From the IMG/VR virus record IMGVR_UViG_3300047561_000389, positions 1 to 39,370 of that record: DNA of 39,370 bases. One strand, 5' to 3'. This DNA is from a virus (lineage: Duplodnaviria > Caudoviricetes). The notes under the pieces are model-generated. The model did not search any database and was not told where the DNA came from. It saw only the letters and a list, made by a program, of their open reading frames with translations. Both the position numbers and the translations under genes were made by a program. Every line of letters begins with the position of its first letter. The first letter of the stretch is position 1. Positions 7,351-15,716 of this stretch are shown piece after piece.

Positions 7351-7706
7351 TACTGTTTCTCCCTTGTCCATTGTGCTAGGTCTTGGATAACCCAGGCTTG
7401 ATCTATTGAAGCGTTGCGACGCTTAACTACAACGTAATGCAGAGGAACTTCCCCAAGATCTCTTGCCTTCGCATAGTTAAGCGCCTCAACTTGTGCTTGT
7501 CTCCAGAACTCAGGCAGGCTGAGCTTGGCGGTGTTCTTGAGTTCTAGTACGTATGTCTTCCCCGATATCACACATACCAGATCTCCTTCGTCGTCCTTGC
7601 CTGCCAGCCTAAGTCTTTCTGCCAGCACACCAAGACCACGAAACCATTTCATTACATCAATCTCAAAGGCAGCGCCTTTGGCTTTATTGTACTTCGGACT
7701 GCTCAT
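7350..7706 (-). CDS. Holliday junction resolvase (Hjc-like PD-(D/E)XK)
   Basis: NKAKGAAFE...DEGDL...VLELKN motifs. Confidence 0.8.
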   Translation of the reverse strand: MSSPKYNKAKGAAFEIDVMKWFRGLGVLAERLRLAGKDDEGDLVCVISGKTYVLELKNTAKLSLPEFWRQAQVEALNYAKARDLGEVPLHYVVVKRRNASIDQAWVIQDLAQWTREKQ

Positions 7707-7854
7707 CTTTACCAGTGTCATAGATAGCATTACCGTTCTCATCTATCTTAATCTTAAATACTTTGAGTTCGATCAGCGCCATTATTAGGTTAGCCATATC
7801 AGCTTCTAATTGTTTGATGCGCTTCTTAACATACTGGATCTCTGTGTTACTCAT
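7684..7854 (-). CDS. Small coiled-coil hypothetical protein
   Basis: MSNTEIQYVKKRIKQLEADM...; ATGA overlap with helicase stop. Confidence 0.6.
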   Translation of the reverse strand: MSNTEIQYVKKRIKQLEADMANLIMALIELKVFKIKIDENGNAIYDTGKDEQSEVQ

Positions 7855-8729
7855 TGCCCTGCTGCCTCTCGCCACTCATCTATCGGTGTATAACTACCAT
7901 CGTAACCGTTACGTACATCTTTACCTAGCATTGTCCCGTACGCGTCTTTGTCAGAGATCTGACAAGCAGCATAGTTGGCTACCAAGGTTACATAATCAGA
8001 AGCATCTGCTGTGTGCTTACCAAAGCGGTTCTTCACCGCTGCGATATTAAGATCACCACTGGCTGGGTCAAAGCCTAGCGTTAGGATTAACGCTGGCAAC
8101 TGACTGACCTTACCGTGGATAGCACGTCTGGCTGGTGGTCTAGTAGGTGAACCATACTCAGACTGTTCAGAGACGTGATGCAGTACCAGTACACAGGCTT
8201 CGGTCTTGCGTGCCATATCGTGAAGCTCCATCATAATTGCACGCAAGCCTGCCCATTCATTATCTGTCTCTGCTGCTACGTTCATTAAGTTATCTATAAC
8301 AATAAGTTCTGGAGCAATGCCATAGAGTTCAACGTATGCCTTGATCTCCAACTCGATATCATCGAGTGACGGACTAGAGTCAAAGACCCACTTGATATGA
8401 GTTAACTTCTCAAAGTGTTTGTCATAGTAATGGGAGTTGTTAGATAGGTTCTGTTCAACTGTTACCTGGTTGTGACCAGATGTATGTGCAGCAGAGCGCA
8501 ACATTACTGTTGCTGTGTCGGTATCTGCTGAGAAGAACAACGTAGGTACTTTTGCTCTGATGCTGTACACCAAAGCAAACATCGACTTACCTACGTTGGG
8601 CGCAGCAGCTACCATACACACTTGCCCTCGTCGGAACTTGATCTGTTTAGGTACAAGATCTTTCCATACATCAGGTAGAGGTGTTGCTTTGGTGAGGACT
8701 GTTCCCCACGCACGCTGTAAGCTAAGCAT
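7851..8729 (-). CDS. DnaB-like (SF4) replicative helicase
   Basis: Walker A AAPNVGKS, Walker B IVIDNL, LHH, AVKNRFG motif. Confidence 0.85.
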   Translation of the reverse strand: MLSLQRAWGTVLTKATPLPDVWKDLVPKQIKFRRGQVCMVAAAPNVGKSMFALVYSIRAKVPTLFFSADTDTATVMLRSAAHTSGHNQVTVEQNLSNNSHYYDKHFEKLTHIKWVFDSSPSLDDIELEIKAYVELYGIAPELIVIDNLMNVAAETDNEWAGLRAIMMELHDMARKTEACVLVLHHVSEQSEYGSPTRPPARRAIHGKVSQLPALILTLGFDPASGDLNIAAVKNRFGKHTADASDYVTLVANYAACQISDKDAYGTMLGKDVRNGYDGSYTPIDEWREAAGQ

Positions 8730-8982
8730 TAAACTCCCCAAATGGAATAACGATACCTCGTTCTTTACGAATCCTTGTTCTCTTGCCGTGGGTTAATCCA
8801 CCCCAGACACCAAAGCGTTCGTTCTTAATTCCCCACTCAGCACACTCGGATTTGTGTACACATTTACCACACAGAGATAAAATCATAGGCATCTCTGGTG
8901 GGTACTCAGCTTCTGGTGGGTAAAATAATTCTGTGTCTATTCCCCTACAGCGTGGGTCTTCAAAGTTCCAAGGCCCTCGCAC
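8722..8982 (-). CDS. whiB: WhiB family Fe-S transcriptional regulator
   Basis: C...ELFYP...CGKCVHKSEC...FGVWGGLT: four Cys plus G[IV]WGG turn. Confidence 0.95.
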   Translation of the reverse strand: MRGPWNFEDPRCRGIDTELFYPPEAEYPPEMPMILSLCGKCVHKSECAEWGIKNERFGVWGGLTHGKRTRIRKERGIVIPFGEFNA

Positions 8983-8985
8983 CGG

Positions 8986-9357
8986 TTAACGGACCCAGAT
9001 AGTCTCGCATTTATCTGGTGAACCCTTCGGAGAGTTACACATATAACCCTGCCAAGGACCCTTAGCTGATGTTCCTGACTTGAAAGCCATTGGTCCGTGC
9101 TTACAGGACTTAGACCCTGGTGCTTCTGCAGCAGGTGCAGGAGCGTTGAACTGTGCTTGGATATCTGCAACAGCACGTGCTGGTGCTACAGGGTTTGTTA
9201 ACAGTTCAGCTTCTGTTGACTTAATCAATGTAGCAAGCATTGAAACGTCAGTAATAAGTGTCTCTAGTTCCTTTACGTTATCTGCGTATAGGTTGATAAG
9301 AGTTCCATCTTTGTGTGTCTTAAAGTTAACTTGTAACTTTGTAGTTTCTGCAGCCAT
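8986..9357 (-). CDS. Conserved actinophage replication-region protein (C-terminal CxHG...W...C...C motif)
   Basis: CKHGPM.FKSG....PWQGYMC...C; lies between the exonuclease and whiB. Confidence 0.6.
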   Translation of the reverse strand: MAAETTKLQVNFKTHKDGTLINLYADNVKELETLITDVSMLATLIKSTEAELLTNPVAPARAVADIQAQFNAPAPAAEAPGSKSCKHGPMAFKSGTSAKGPWQGYMCNSPKGSPDKCETIWVR

Positions 9358-10317
9358 TTACTTTCCTCCAATAGTTTTGATGTTAAGTCGTACTGATTCA
9401 TTACCGACAACCTTCGGTACAAATCCTAGAAGTTTCTCAACTTCACTTGCATCAACTGTTTCTCTACCTTTAACAATAGACCAGCTGATTTCTACACCAC
9501 TAGGTGTTACTCCAGTAGTTCCCTCAAAGGATGCCTTCAAGGAATCTTTTTCTTTTTCTAACTCTTTGATCTTGCTGTCTAACTGTAGATATAGCAGTGC
9601 ATTTTTGTCAACTGCTTCGTCCTCAATAATGATTTCACTAAGGACGATACGTTCTTTTTTTAAGCCACCACAACCCATTGTTTCAGTCACGTCATAGTAT
9701 TGGCAATAGTCTTTACAAAATGATTGGTCCTTCTCAGGCTCTGGCAAGGTTGGACTTGCCTTGACATTTGCTAACCACTCAAATGCTTCTAAAGCGATGC
9801 TTTCATCATAAGGTTCTGTATGTACTTTGACATCTTTCTCAGCACCATCACGAGCAATAGCAACAAGATTAACCGTCTTAACATTGTGTCCATTCTTTGA
9901 TAGTAGGTATCCATAAACCTGTACCTGCCAGCGTTGTTGCTTGGATGGGAAGTAACTTAGGTTCTTTATCTTGCTGGTCTTCCAGTCAATGACTGCGCCA
10001 GTACTAGGTATAAATAAATCTACGTGTGCTTTCATATCGCCATAGGCAACAGCAGTTTCAACTAAATACTCTTTGCCTTCTGGATCTATGTGACCAATAG
10101 CCTCTTCAATTGCAGCGTGAATAGCAGTGCCCATAATGGCTGCGAGCTTTGATTGGTTCTCATTAGTATGTGGCTGTGCGTTTAATCTGTACCAGACCTT
10201 ACGCTTGCAACTACCAATCTCTGATGGACCAACCTCGGTCTGCATACTGCGGTCACGACTTGCATCTTTGTTATGCAGTACGTGCAGCAGTAATTCCTTT
10301 GGGTCTTCAATCGCCAT
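9358..10317 (-). CDS. Cas4/RecB-like PD-(D/E)XK exonuclease with probable Fe-S cluster
   Basis: PSEIGSCKRKVWY, GTAIH, HVDLF, IDWKT, QVQVY, FCKDYCQYY...C. Confidence 0.85.
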   Translation of the reverse strand: MAIEDPKELLLHVLHNKDASRDRSMQTEVGPSEIGSCKRKVWYRLNAQPHTNENQSKLAAIMGTAIHAAIEEAIGHIDPEGKEYLVETAVAYGDMKAHVDLFIPSTGAVIDWKTSKIKNLSYFPSKQQRWQVQVYGYLLSKNGHNVKTVNLVAIARDGAEKDVKVHTEPYDESIALEAFEWLANVKASPTLPEPEKDQSFCKDYCQYYDVTETMGCGGLKKERIVLSEIIIEDEAVDKNALLYLQLDSKIKELEKEKDSLKASFEGTTGVTPSGVEISWSIVKGRETVDASEVEKLLGFVPKVVGNESVRLNIKTIGGK

Positions 10318-10438
10318 TGTTTTCCTTCTCACGTTCTGCTTGTATGTATTCAACTCGTGCTGCTAAGTAACCCTGTTGTAGAAAATAATGGGCAGCGTAT
10401 TCATCAGTCATATGAATACCTTTAAGTTCTTCTTTCAT
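10307..10438 (-). CDS. Small hypothetical protein, 43 aa (MKEELKGIHMTDEY...)
   Basis: Hand-translated; overlapping start/stop coupling. Confidence 0.55.
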   Translation of the reverse strand: MKEELKGIHMTDEYAAHYFLQQGYLAARVEYIQAEREKENNGD

Positions 10439-10521
10439 TTCTTATACTTCCAATTGACCCATATTTCAAAAGAACGACCAACTATAATTCCAATCATAAA
10501 ACCAATAAGAATCATTTCCAT
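10435..10521 (-). CDS. Membrane micropeptide, 28 aa (MEMILIGFMIGIIVGRSFEIWVNWKYKK)
   Basis: Hand-translated. RBS GAAGGA; single TM helix. Confidence 0.6.
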   Translation of the reverse strand: MEMILIGFMIGIIVGRSFEIWVNWKYKK

Positions 10522-10613
10522 CGCTGGTCATCCTTCCATTGCAACCAAGTATCGAAACCATAAGCTGATACAAAGCCAATAATGAAACCTAGTATCACTC
10601 CAACTAATAACAT
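10512..10613 (-). CDS. Membrane micropeptide, 33 aa (MLLVGVILGFIIGFVSAYGFDTWLQWKDDQRWK)
   Basis: Hand-translated. RBS GGAGAGGA; single TM helix. Confidence 0.65.
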   Translation of the reverse strand: MLLVGVILGFIIGFVSAYGFDTWLQWKDDQRWK

Positions 10614-10615
10614 AT

Positions 10616-11170
10616 TTATATCCTCTCCTGGATCTCTAACTGTATGGGTGGGCTGGTATTGATGTCAAGAACCGACGCGATCTTTACTGCTTTTTCTGCA
10701 GCTATCTTTGCCATCTCAGGTGTCCTGTACATTTTCTTATCCAAGCTGTACAAGAAACCCAGTGCATAGTTACCGCCTGAGCCATTGGCAAAGAGGCCAC
10801 GCTCACTAGTGTTAAAGGATAAGTCCCCGCCTATAGAGAACAGGTTGGCATCGAAGGACACAAGGAAAGCAAAGTTCATTTCCTTCTGGTCTGGTTCATA
10901 GTTATTTTCTTTGAACGCAACTGACATACTAGGCAGCAGCTTTGCACCCATAAATTTCACAGGATCTTCACCACGATACAACGGAGGTTTCCACGAATAC
11001 GCAAGGATATCTCCTGGACGTGAGTCACCAGTAAGACCTAATAGGTATTTACCTACCCAGATTATCTTGGGAGTTTCGATTGAAATGATGCGTTGATCGC
11101 CGTCAGTGATCTGCGAATCAGCTCCCATTACTACAAAGTCTGAACCTTGTACGCCTACTAGTGTTGTCAT
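10616..11170 (-). CDS. Proteasome beta-subunit/HslV-like Ntn threonine protease
   Basis: N-terminal MTT, ADSQIT, PKI (Lys33 equivalent), GLTG, ANGSGGNYALG, C-terminal D.NT. Confidence 0.85.
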   Translation of the reverse strand: MTTLVGVQGSDFVVMGADSQITDGDQRIISIETPKIIWVGKYLLGLTGDSRPGDILAYSWKPPLYRGEDPVKFMGAKLLPSMSVAFKENNYEPDQKEMNFAFLVSFDANLFSIGGDLSFNTSERGLFANGSGGNYALGFLYSLDKKMYRTPEMAKIAAEKAVKIASVLDINTSPPIQLEIQERI

Positions 11171-11194
11171 TACCAGATTCTATCACTGCGTGTC
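11171..11194 (-). promoter_or_regulatory. Leaderless promoter of the replication operon with GACAC box
   Basis: Minus strand reads GACAC-N7-TAGAAT-N6-ATG; no SD before the ATG at 11170. Confidence 0.65.
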
Positions 11195-11197
11195 GCA

Positions 11198-11226
11198 AGA
11201 CACATACTAGGCACGCACACTACAAT
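11198..11226 (+). promoter_or_regulatory. Divergent promoter candidate
   Basis: AGACAC (11198-11203), 17 nt, TACAAT (11221-11226), upstream of the lone + strand gene. Confidence 0.45.
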
Positions 11227-11316
11227 ATGAGCGTTAGCGAATATACGGTGGCCCCTTACGGGGCCGAGGCTTTAGCCGAGAGTCGACTGACCTGCAGGAA
11301 GGAGACGTGCCAGACA

Positions 11317-11562
11317 ATGTCGTTCCGTCTACTCACCCTGCCAAGAATGAACCGCAGGCGCAAGCCACTAGATGGCATTAAGGAGCCTTACGGGGCCGAT
11401 CTGCGGGGTTTAGGACCCATTCACGTGTGCACGTGTGGGTCACAGGTCTTTAACGTTATGTGCTCCTTTGAAGACTACGAGCTAGTCTGGTATTTCCTTG
11501 ATGCTACCTGTGTTTCTTGTGGCAATCTAGTAACTGCACCCTGTTCAGTAGACAAAATTTAG
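11317..11562 (+). CDS. Conserved actinophage zinc-finger-like protein (DLRG...HVCxCGS...CxxCG.LVTAP)
   Basis: 3' part of ORF 11161..11562; RBS AGGAAGGAG; two Cys pairs. Confidence 0.65.
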   Translation: MSFRLLTLPRMNRRRKPLDGIKEPYGADLRGLGPIHVCTCGSQVFNVMCSFEDYELVWYFLDATCVSCGNLVTAPCSVDKI

Positions 11563-11566
11563 GCAC

Positions 11567-11604
11567 AAAAAAAGAAGGCCGGTCCCCGTAGGGACCGACC
11601 TTCT
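11567..11604 (-). terminator. Rho-independent terminator ending the late operon
   Basis: A7 followed by GAAGGCCGGTCCC-CGTA-GGGACCGACCTTC; U tract on the minus strand downstream of the holin. Confidence 0.85.
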
Positions 11605-11624
11605 GTATGCCTTGCAGTCAAACT

Positions 11625-11831
11625 TTACTTTTTCAAGAAAGTCATTTCATCTTTAGGGTTTGCCCACTTGATGATTACTGGTACTAGTGAAATCCACACT
11701 GCGTTAATGCACTGCTTCCAATCGTGACCTGTAAAATCCAGTGGTGACTTACCGATGATACCGATGGCCATTACTGCGCTGTAGACAAGATACTTGCCCC
11801 AGACTTCAAACATCTTTATATTGAGCTTCAT
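11625..11831 (-). CDS. Holin
   Basis: 68 aa, two hydrophobic segments, C-terminal W.NPKD; directly after the endolysin. Confidence 0.75.
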   Translation of the reverse strand: MKLNIKMFEVWGKYLVYSAVMAIGIIGKSPLDFTGHDWKQCINAVWISLVPVIIKWANPKDEMTFLKK

Positions 11832-11839
11832 TTGTTCTC

Positions 11840-12340
11840 CTAGTCTTTGAACTTCGGCGTACCGAATCCAACGATGTACACTGGCAACTTCTTCTTATTG
11901 TCAGTGATGTACGCACGTGTTTTCTGAACTACTTCTCCACCATTGCGCTCTGATGAAGACTTCTTTTTATCTCCAGATGTGTTACCTTCAATAGTGGTAA
12001 CTGTTCCATCTTGGTTATCTCTAACCACAATACCTACGTGATCTATTGGGTTACCGCCTTCTGCAAAATCAAAGAAGGCTAAGTCTCCAGGCTTTGGCTT
12101 GGCAGTGGCAGCGTTACTCCAACCACCAGTACCCTTAAACTTCTCAGCTCCAACAGATGTACTTACGACATTTGGGATTTTAAGACCAACCTGATGAGCA
12201 CACCACATAACAAAACTGCCGCACCAAGGTAGGAAATTAGCCTTAGTAAACGCGCCATACTTTGTTTCATTGTCCTTTGGTCCTTCGACTGTTCCGATTT
12301 CTGCACGTGCTGCCATTAAGAATTGATTGCGCTGGCTCAT
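11840..12340 (-). CDS. Endolysin, CHAP/NlpC-P60 amidase-peptidase
   Basis: PWCGSFV (Cys), PGDL.FFD, DHVGIV (His), TIEGNT. Confidence 0.9.
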   Translation of the reverse strand: MSQRNQFLMAARAEIGTVEGPKDNETKYGAFTKANFLPWCGSFVMWCAHQVGLKIPNVVSTSVGAEKFKGTGGWSNAATAKPKPGDLAFFDFAEGGNPIDHVGIVVRDNQDGTVTTIEGNTSGDKKKSSSERNGGEVVQKTRAYITDNKKKLPVYIVGFGTPKFKD

Positions 12341-12588
12341 TATGCCTCCAGCTTTGTCTTGATAATTGCTTGGTTGATACGAAGTTCAGTAATCTCTATA
12401 CATAGTTCATTGATCTGATCCTTCATAGACCCGCCACCGTTCTCATACAACTGGTATTCAATGCGGTCTAACCTGCGGTTCATCTTGCTAAAGAATTTAT
12501 AGGCTGCAGTAAAGATAACTGCTGTTTCGCAAAATGCCCAGATACCTGAGAACAATAAGCTGCCATTACTAAGAAGCATAGAAGTCAT
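12340..12588 (-). CDS. Lysis-cassette membrane protein
   Basis: N-terminal TM followed by coiled coil with NGGGSMKD motif; coupled to the endolysin. Confidence 0.65.
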   Translation of the reverse strand: MTSMLLSNGSLLFSGIWAFCETAVIFTAAYKFFSKMNRRLDRIEYQLYENGGGSMKDQINELCIEITELRINQAIIKTKLEA

Positions 12589-12589
12589 A

Positions 12590-14767
12590 TCACGCCGTTC
12601 TGATTGTGACTAGTAGCAAGCCTCCATAGCCGGAGTATCGCTTATCGGTAGGTGTCTTGTTAATAAAGTCCATCTCTTCAATTAAACCAAGGTATGACTC
12701 ACCAGTACGGAAGTCTTCTACCTTGATTAAGTCTCCAAGGTTTTCAATGCCTTGCATATTAAGCAAGCGGTCATAAGCCCCGCCTTCATAACCTGCTGGG
12801 TTATTAAACTTATCCATCTCACTGTCGTAGAGTTCTACTGGGTATTGAATCAAACGCTGACGCGGAATAGAAGGCAGTACTCGTACTTGGTATCCAGTAA
12901 AGAGTGGACCTTGAGATGTATTAGTAGTTGATCTACTCATTTCAAACTTAAAGCCTAGATACTGCTGAGGTGTAGCAGGGTATGGAATACCGATCTGGGT
13001 AATGTCTGCACCTTGGTCAAAGGAACCGATCTTGTATTGGTTACCTTCTGCATCGATAGAATAGATGTTAAGTGCGCCATTAGCTGCGTCATAGCGTGGC
13101 TGTAAGAACTTAAAGATCTTGTTCTCAAGCGTGTTGTAACGGATATAACCAGTACGCATTGTGCCCAATGGTGTCAATCGTGTGGCTGTTTCAATGTAGT
13201 TCTTACCATTGGTCGTACCATTGTTAGCAGTACAAAATGCTAGGCGTGCAGTGTTACCTACAAAAGAACAAGAGGTAGTAATAAAGCCAGTGGTATCTGG
13301 ATCATATAGATCCCAAGCATAAGCAAATACTAAATTGCTACCTACTTGTTGACCTAAGTCAACGCGAGTAACTCCAGGTGCGCCATCTACATTTGTAGTA
13401 CACCATAGATATTTGTCGTAACCTGCTACGTCATAGACTGGTTGATCTGTTTCAAAGATAAGTGGGCCATACGCTAAAGATCCATCTGTAGCAGATACAT
13501 CTGCAATACGTAGACCTAGGCTAGTTCCAATAGCCATATAGCCAAGGTAGTAATAGATGCGAAATGCAATCTCTCCTACTGGTAGTTCAGCTGCGGTTAT
13601 TGCGCTAGTCAGCGTAGGCATAGCACCGGCTGTGGTCAGTGTAAACTTCTGAATGGTTGATTGGATACCGTTGTAACCTGCAAGGTAGATAGCAGCACCG
13701 CTAGATGTAATGCTGGTGTAAACAAAGTCAGTATTAGGATGGCTATAGACTGCAGTAGGTAACGCACTGGCAGTAGTAGCAAACTCATAGACCGAGTTAT
13801 TAACTGCCATAACAAGACGTTCTTTAGTAAACTCAATAACAGCGTTAGTTGCTGTGATACCAGTAGCATTAAACATCAAGGTATCTGCAGTAGTTGAATC
13901 ACCAATCAACGGCTTTTTGTAAACGTGGATCTTGTTAGCACCACCTGATGTCTTGTTAGTTACCCAATAAGCATAGGTTCCATCGTCACAGATAGCATAA
14001 ACTGGGTCATCTACACCTGCTGTGTAATCAACAAAGTGAGTTAACTTACCACCCACATCGATCTTATCTACATCGTATTGATCCCATAGAAGTACTGAGT
14101 CCTGAGTTACACGACCTGTTGCTGCTACTGATGTAACGTTAGTTGCAGTCTTAGCATAGGAAATAGTTGTTGCTGCAACTGCAGTCAGTACATAGGTACC
14201 ATTAAAGGTAGCGTCAATGTTATCTACATTGATAGTAGAACCAACAGTTAAAAGGTGTGTACCAATGGTAAGGGTTGCTACATTTGTAGTAAGCGCCTTA
14301 TTAGTAACAGTCCAGCTTGGTCTAATAGAGCGCATAATCTGTAATGGACGCTTATTGTTCTGCAAGTTACCAGTTGTAAAGTGGTAGTTATCTACATCTT
14401 TAAGAAGCGTTGCCTGTCCCTTGGTCCAAACATCTAAGCCTTTGCTGAAAGTAAACTGAAAGCGGAGGGATTCATCTTGTTGTGGTTCAAAGAACTTGAT
14501 ACCTTGACCAAGGTGGAAGCTAGACTGTGATCGTAGCCACCAACCAGTAAGCGTTTGCTCACCTGGCTCACGGCTCATATCAACTTGATTCTTACGGTAC
14601 TGGGCAGTTACACGACGATAAGGTGTTTCATCACTTGTGGTTAAGAAGAACGGAATACCACCAAAAGATACATCGTAGGCAATACCGGTTCCTGCGTAAG
14701 TCTGTGAACCTGCTGGGTTGGACAGTGCATAGGGAATTGCATCCGTGATGTCATCGCCATAGGCCAT
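12590..14767 (-). CDS. Tail protein (probable tail tubular B/nozzle, beta-rich)
   Basis: 725 aa, beta-propeller-like composition, position in the tail module. Confidence 0.6.
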   Translation of the reverse strand: MAYGDDITDAIPYALSNPAGSQTYAGTGIAYDVSFGGIPFFLTTSDETPYRRVTAQYRKNQVDMSREPGEQTLTGWWLRSQSSFHLGQGIKFFEPQQDESLRFQFTFSKGLDVWTKGQATLLKDVDNYHFTTGNLQNNKRPLQIMRSIRPSWTVTNKALTTNVATLTIGTHLLTVGSTINVDNIDATFNGTYVLTAVAATTISYAKTATNVTSVAATGRVTQDSVLLWDQYDVDKIDVGGKLTHFVDYTAGVDDPVYAICDDGTYAYWVTNKTSGGANKIHVYKKPLIGDSTTADTLMFNATGITATNAVIEFTKERLVMAVNNSVYEFATTASALPTAVYSHPNTDFVYTSITSSGAAIYLAGYNGIQSTIQKFTLTTAGAMPTLTSAITAAELPVGEIAFRIYYYLGYMAIGTSLGLRIADVSATDGSLAYGPLIFETDQPVYDVAGYDKYLWCTTNVDGAPGVTRVDLGQQVGSNLVFAYAWDLYDPDTTGFITTSCSFVGNTARLAFCTANNGTTNGKNYIETATRLTPLGTMRTGYIRYNTLENKIFKFLQPRYDAANGALNIYSIDAEGNQYKIGSFDQGADITQIGIPYPATPQQYLGFKFEMSRSTTNTSQGPLFTGYQVRVLPSIPRQRLIQYPVELYDSEMDKFNNPAGYEGGAYDRLLNMQGIENLGDLIKVEDFRTGESYLGLIEEMDFINKTPTDKRYSGYGGLLLVTIRTA

Positions 14768-14777
14768 TGCTTACTCC

Positions 14778-15578
14778 TTATTCTAAAAGGTTCACTAACG
14801 ATCTAGTGCGACCTTGTGATAACTGTGTGTAAATCTGAGTTGTAGCCACACTTGTGTGGCGCATAAGTTCTTTAACGGCAATCAAATCTCCGCCTGATTT
14901 TTCAAGCATTGTCGTTGCAAAGTAATGACGCAGACTGTGAAAATGCTTAGCGTCTGGTCCTAAGATGCGACGCATCTCATTGGCTGCTCTAGCTGATAAC
15001 TTATTAGGCGTTACCTGCCATAGCCTGCCAAGCGTGCTGTATGACCTAATCATATCTGAGACTATTGGTGATATTGGAACAATCAGGTCTGTGCCACCTT
15101 TGCCCTGTACTCGCAATGAGTACCCATCTTCGTGCTCTATTAGATCTGAGCCTTTGATGTTGGCTACTTCCATAGCACGAAGACCAGCTGTACCACCCAA
15201 GATAAACCAATCGTGGATCAGCTTGTTCTTGGCTTCTGCCAGCAACTTCTGGTATTCACCCTTGGTTACAGGCTTAGGTACACCGCGCCCTGGCTTGACC
15301 TGTGGCAGGCTTTCAGCAGGGTTATGACCATTGACAAGGTTCATCTTGTTCAGGGCCTTGTAGATACTCCTCAGACGGGCTACGTAAGTAGCCTTAGTAG
15401 ACTGCCTTGTGGCTTGGAGTACCACCCGTTCTAGGTCCTCATAAGAGGCTAGAGCAGGGTGGACACCCAATCGTCTAATGATCTGCATATCTTGCTTGAA
15501 CAGCTGCTCCGAGAACCCGCTAGTGCGGTATCTGTTGTGAAGCTGTTCGGCTATCTGTTCTAGTGGTATGAGTTCCAT
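14778..15578 (-). CDS. Tyrosine recombinase (XerC/D-like, no arm-binding domain)
   Basis: Catalytic set GLR, GKG, HSLRH, RH, TQIY all present; 266 aa. Confidence 0.95.
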   Translation of the reverse strand: MELIPLEQIAEQLHNRYRTSGFSEQLFKQDMQIIRRLGVHPALASYEDLERVVLQATRQSTKATYVARLRSIYKALNKMNLVNGHNPAESLPQVKPGRGVPKPVTKGEYQKLLAEAKNKLIHDWFILGGTAGLRAMEVANIKGSDLIEHEDGYSLRVQGKGGTDLIVPISPIVSDMIRSYSTLGRLWQVTPNKLSARAANEMRRILGPDAKHFHSLRHYFATTMLEKSGGDLIAVKELMRHTSVATTQIYTQLSQGRTRSLVNLLE

Positions 15579-15594
15579 ACCCTAGATGATAGCA
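15579..15594 (-). promoter_or_regulatory. Extended -10 leaderless promoter of the recombinase
   Basis: Minus strand TGC-TATCAT-N7-ATG; no SD. Confidence 0.55.
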
Positions 15595-15595
15595 C

Positions 15596-15712
15596 CTAAA
15601 TGGTGGGATTCGGTGTGGATTGTTCCGCTTTGTAATTGCAATAAGTACGTTTTGCTTGAATAAATAAAGTAAATGCAATTGCTGCAATTAAAAGATATTC
15701 ATATTTAGTCAT
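15596..15712 (-). CDS. Cassette micro-ORF, 38 aa (MTKYEYLLIAAIAFTLFIQAKRTYCNYKAEQSTPNPTI)
   Basis: Hand-translated. Purine-rich RBS AAGGTAGAG, hydrophobic helix; reads through repeat copy 1 in the same frame as the upstream gene reads through copy 2. Confidence 0.55.
   Translation of the reverse strand: MTKYEYLLIAAIAFTLFIQAKRTYCNYKAEQSTPNPTI
15611..15630. repeat. 20-bp direct repeat copy 1 (putative recombination site)
   Basis: CGGTGTGGATTGTTCCGCTT, identical to 15753-15772; internal dyad GTGGA-N4-TCCGC. Confidence 0.9.
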
Positions 15713-15716
15713 AGTT

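Noticed and set aside
9080-9697. Long + strand ORFs antisense to minus-strand genes (e.g. 9080..9697, 27225..27782, 14965..15327)
   Set aside because: They lie fully opposite well-supported genes and show no recognisable motifs.
14778-15630. Classical lysogeny integrase with a tRNA-derived attP
   Set aside because: No repressor, excisionase or arm-binding domain was seen, and GAATCCCACCA only loosely resembles a tRNA 3' end. Not excluded without a host search, but the tail-module context favours another role.
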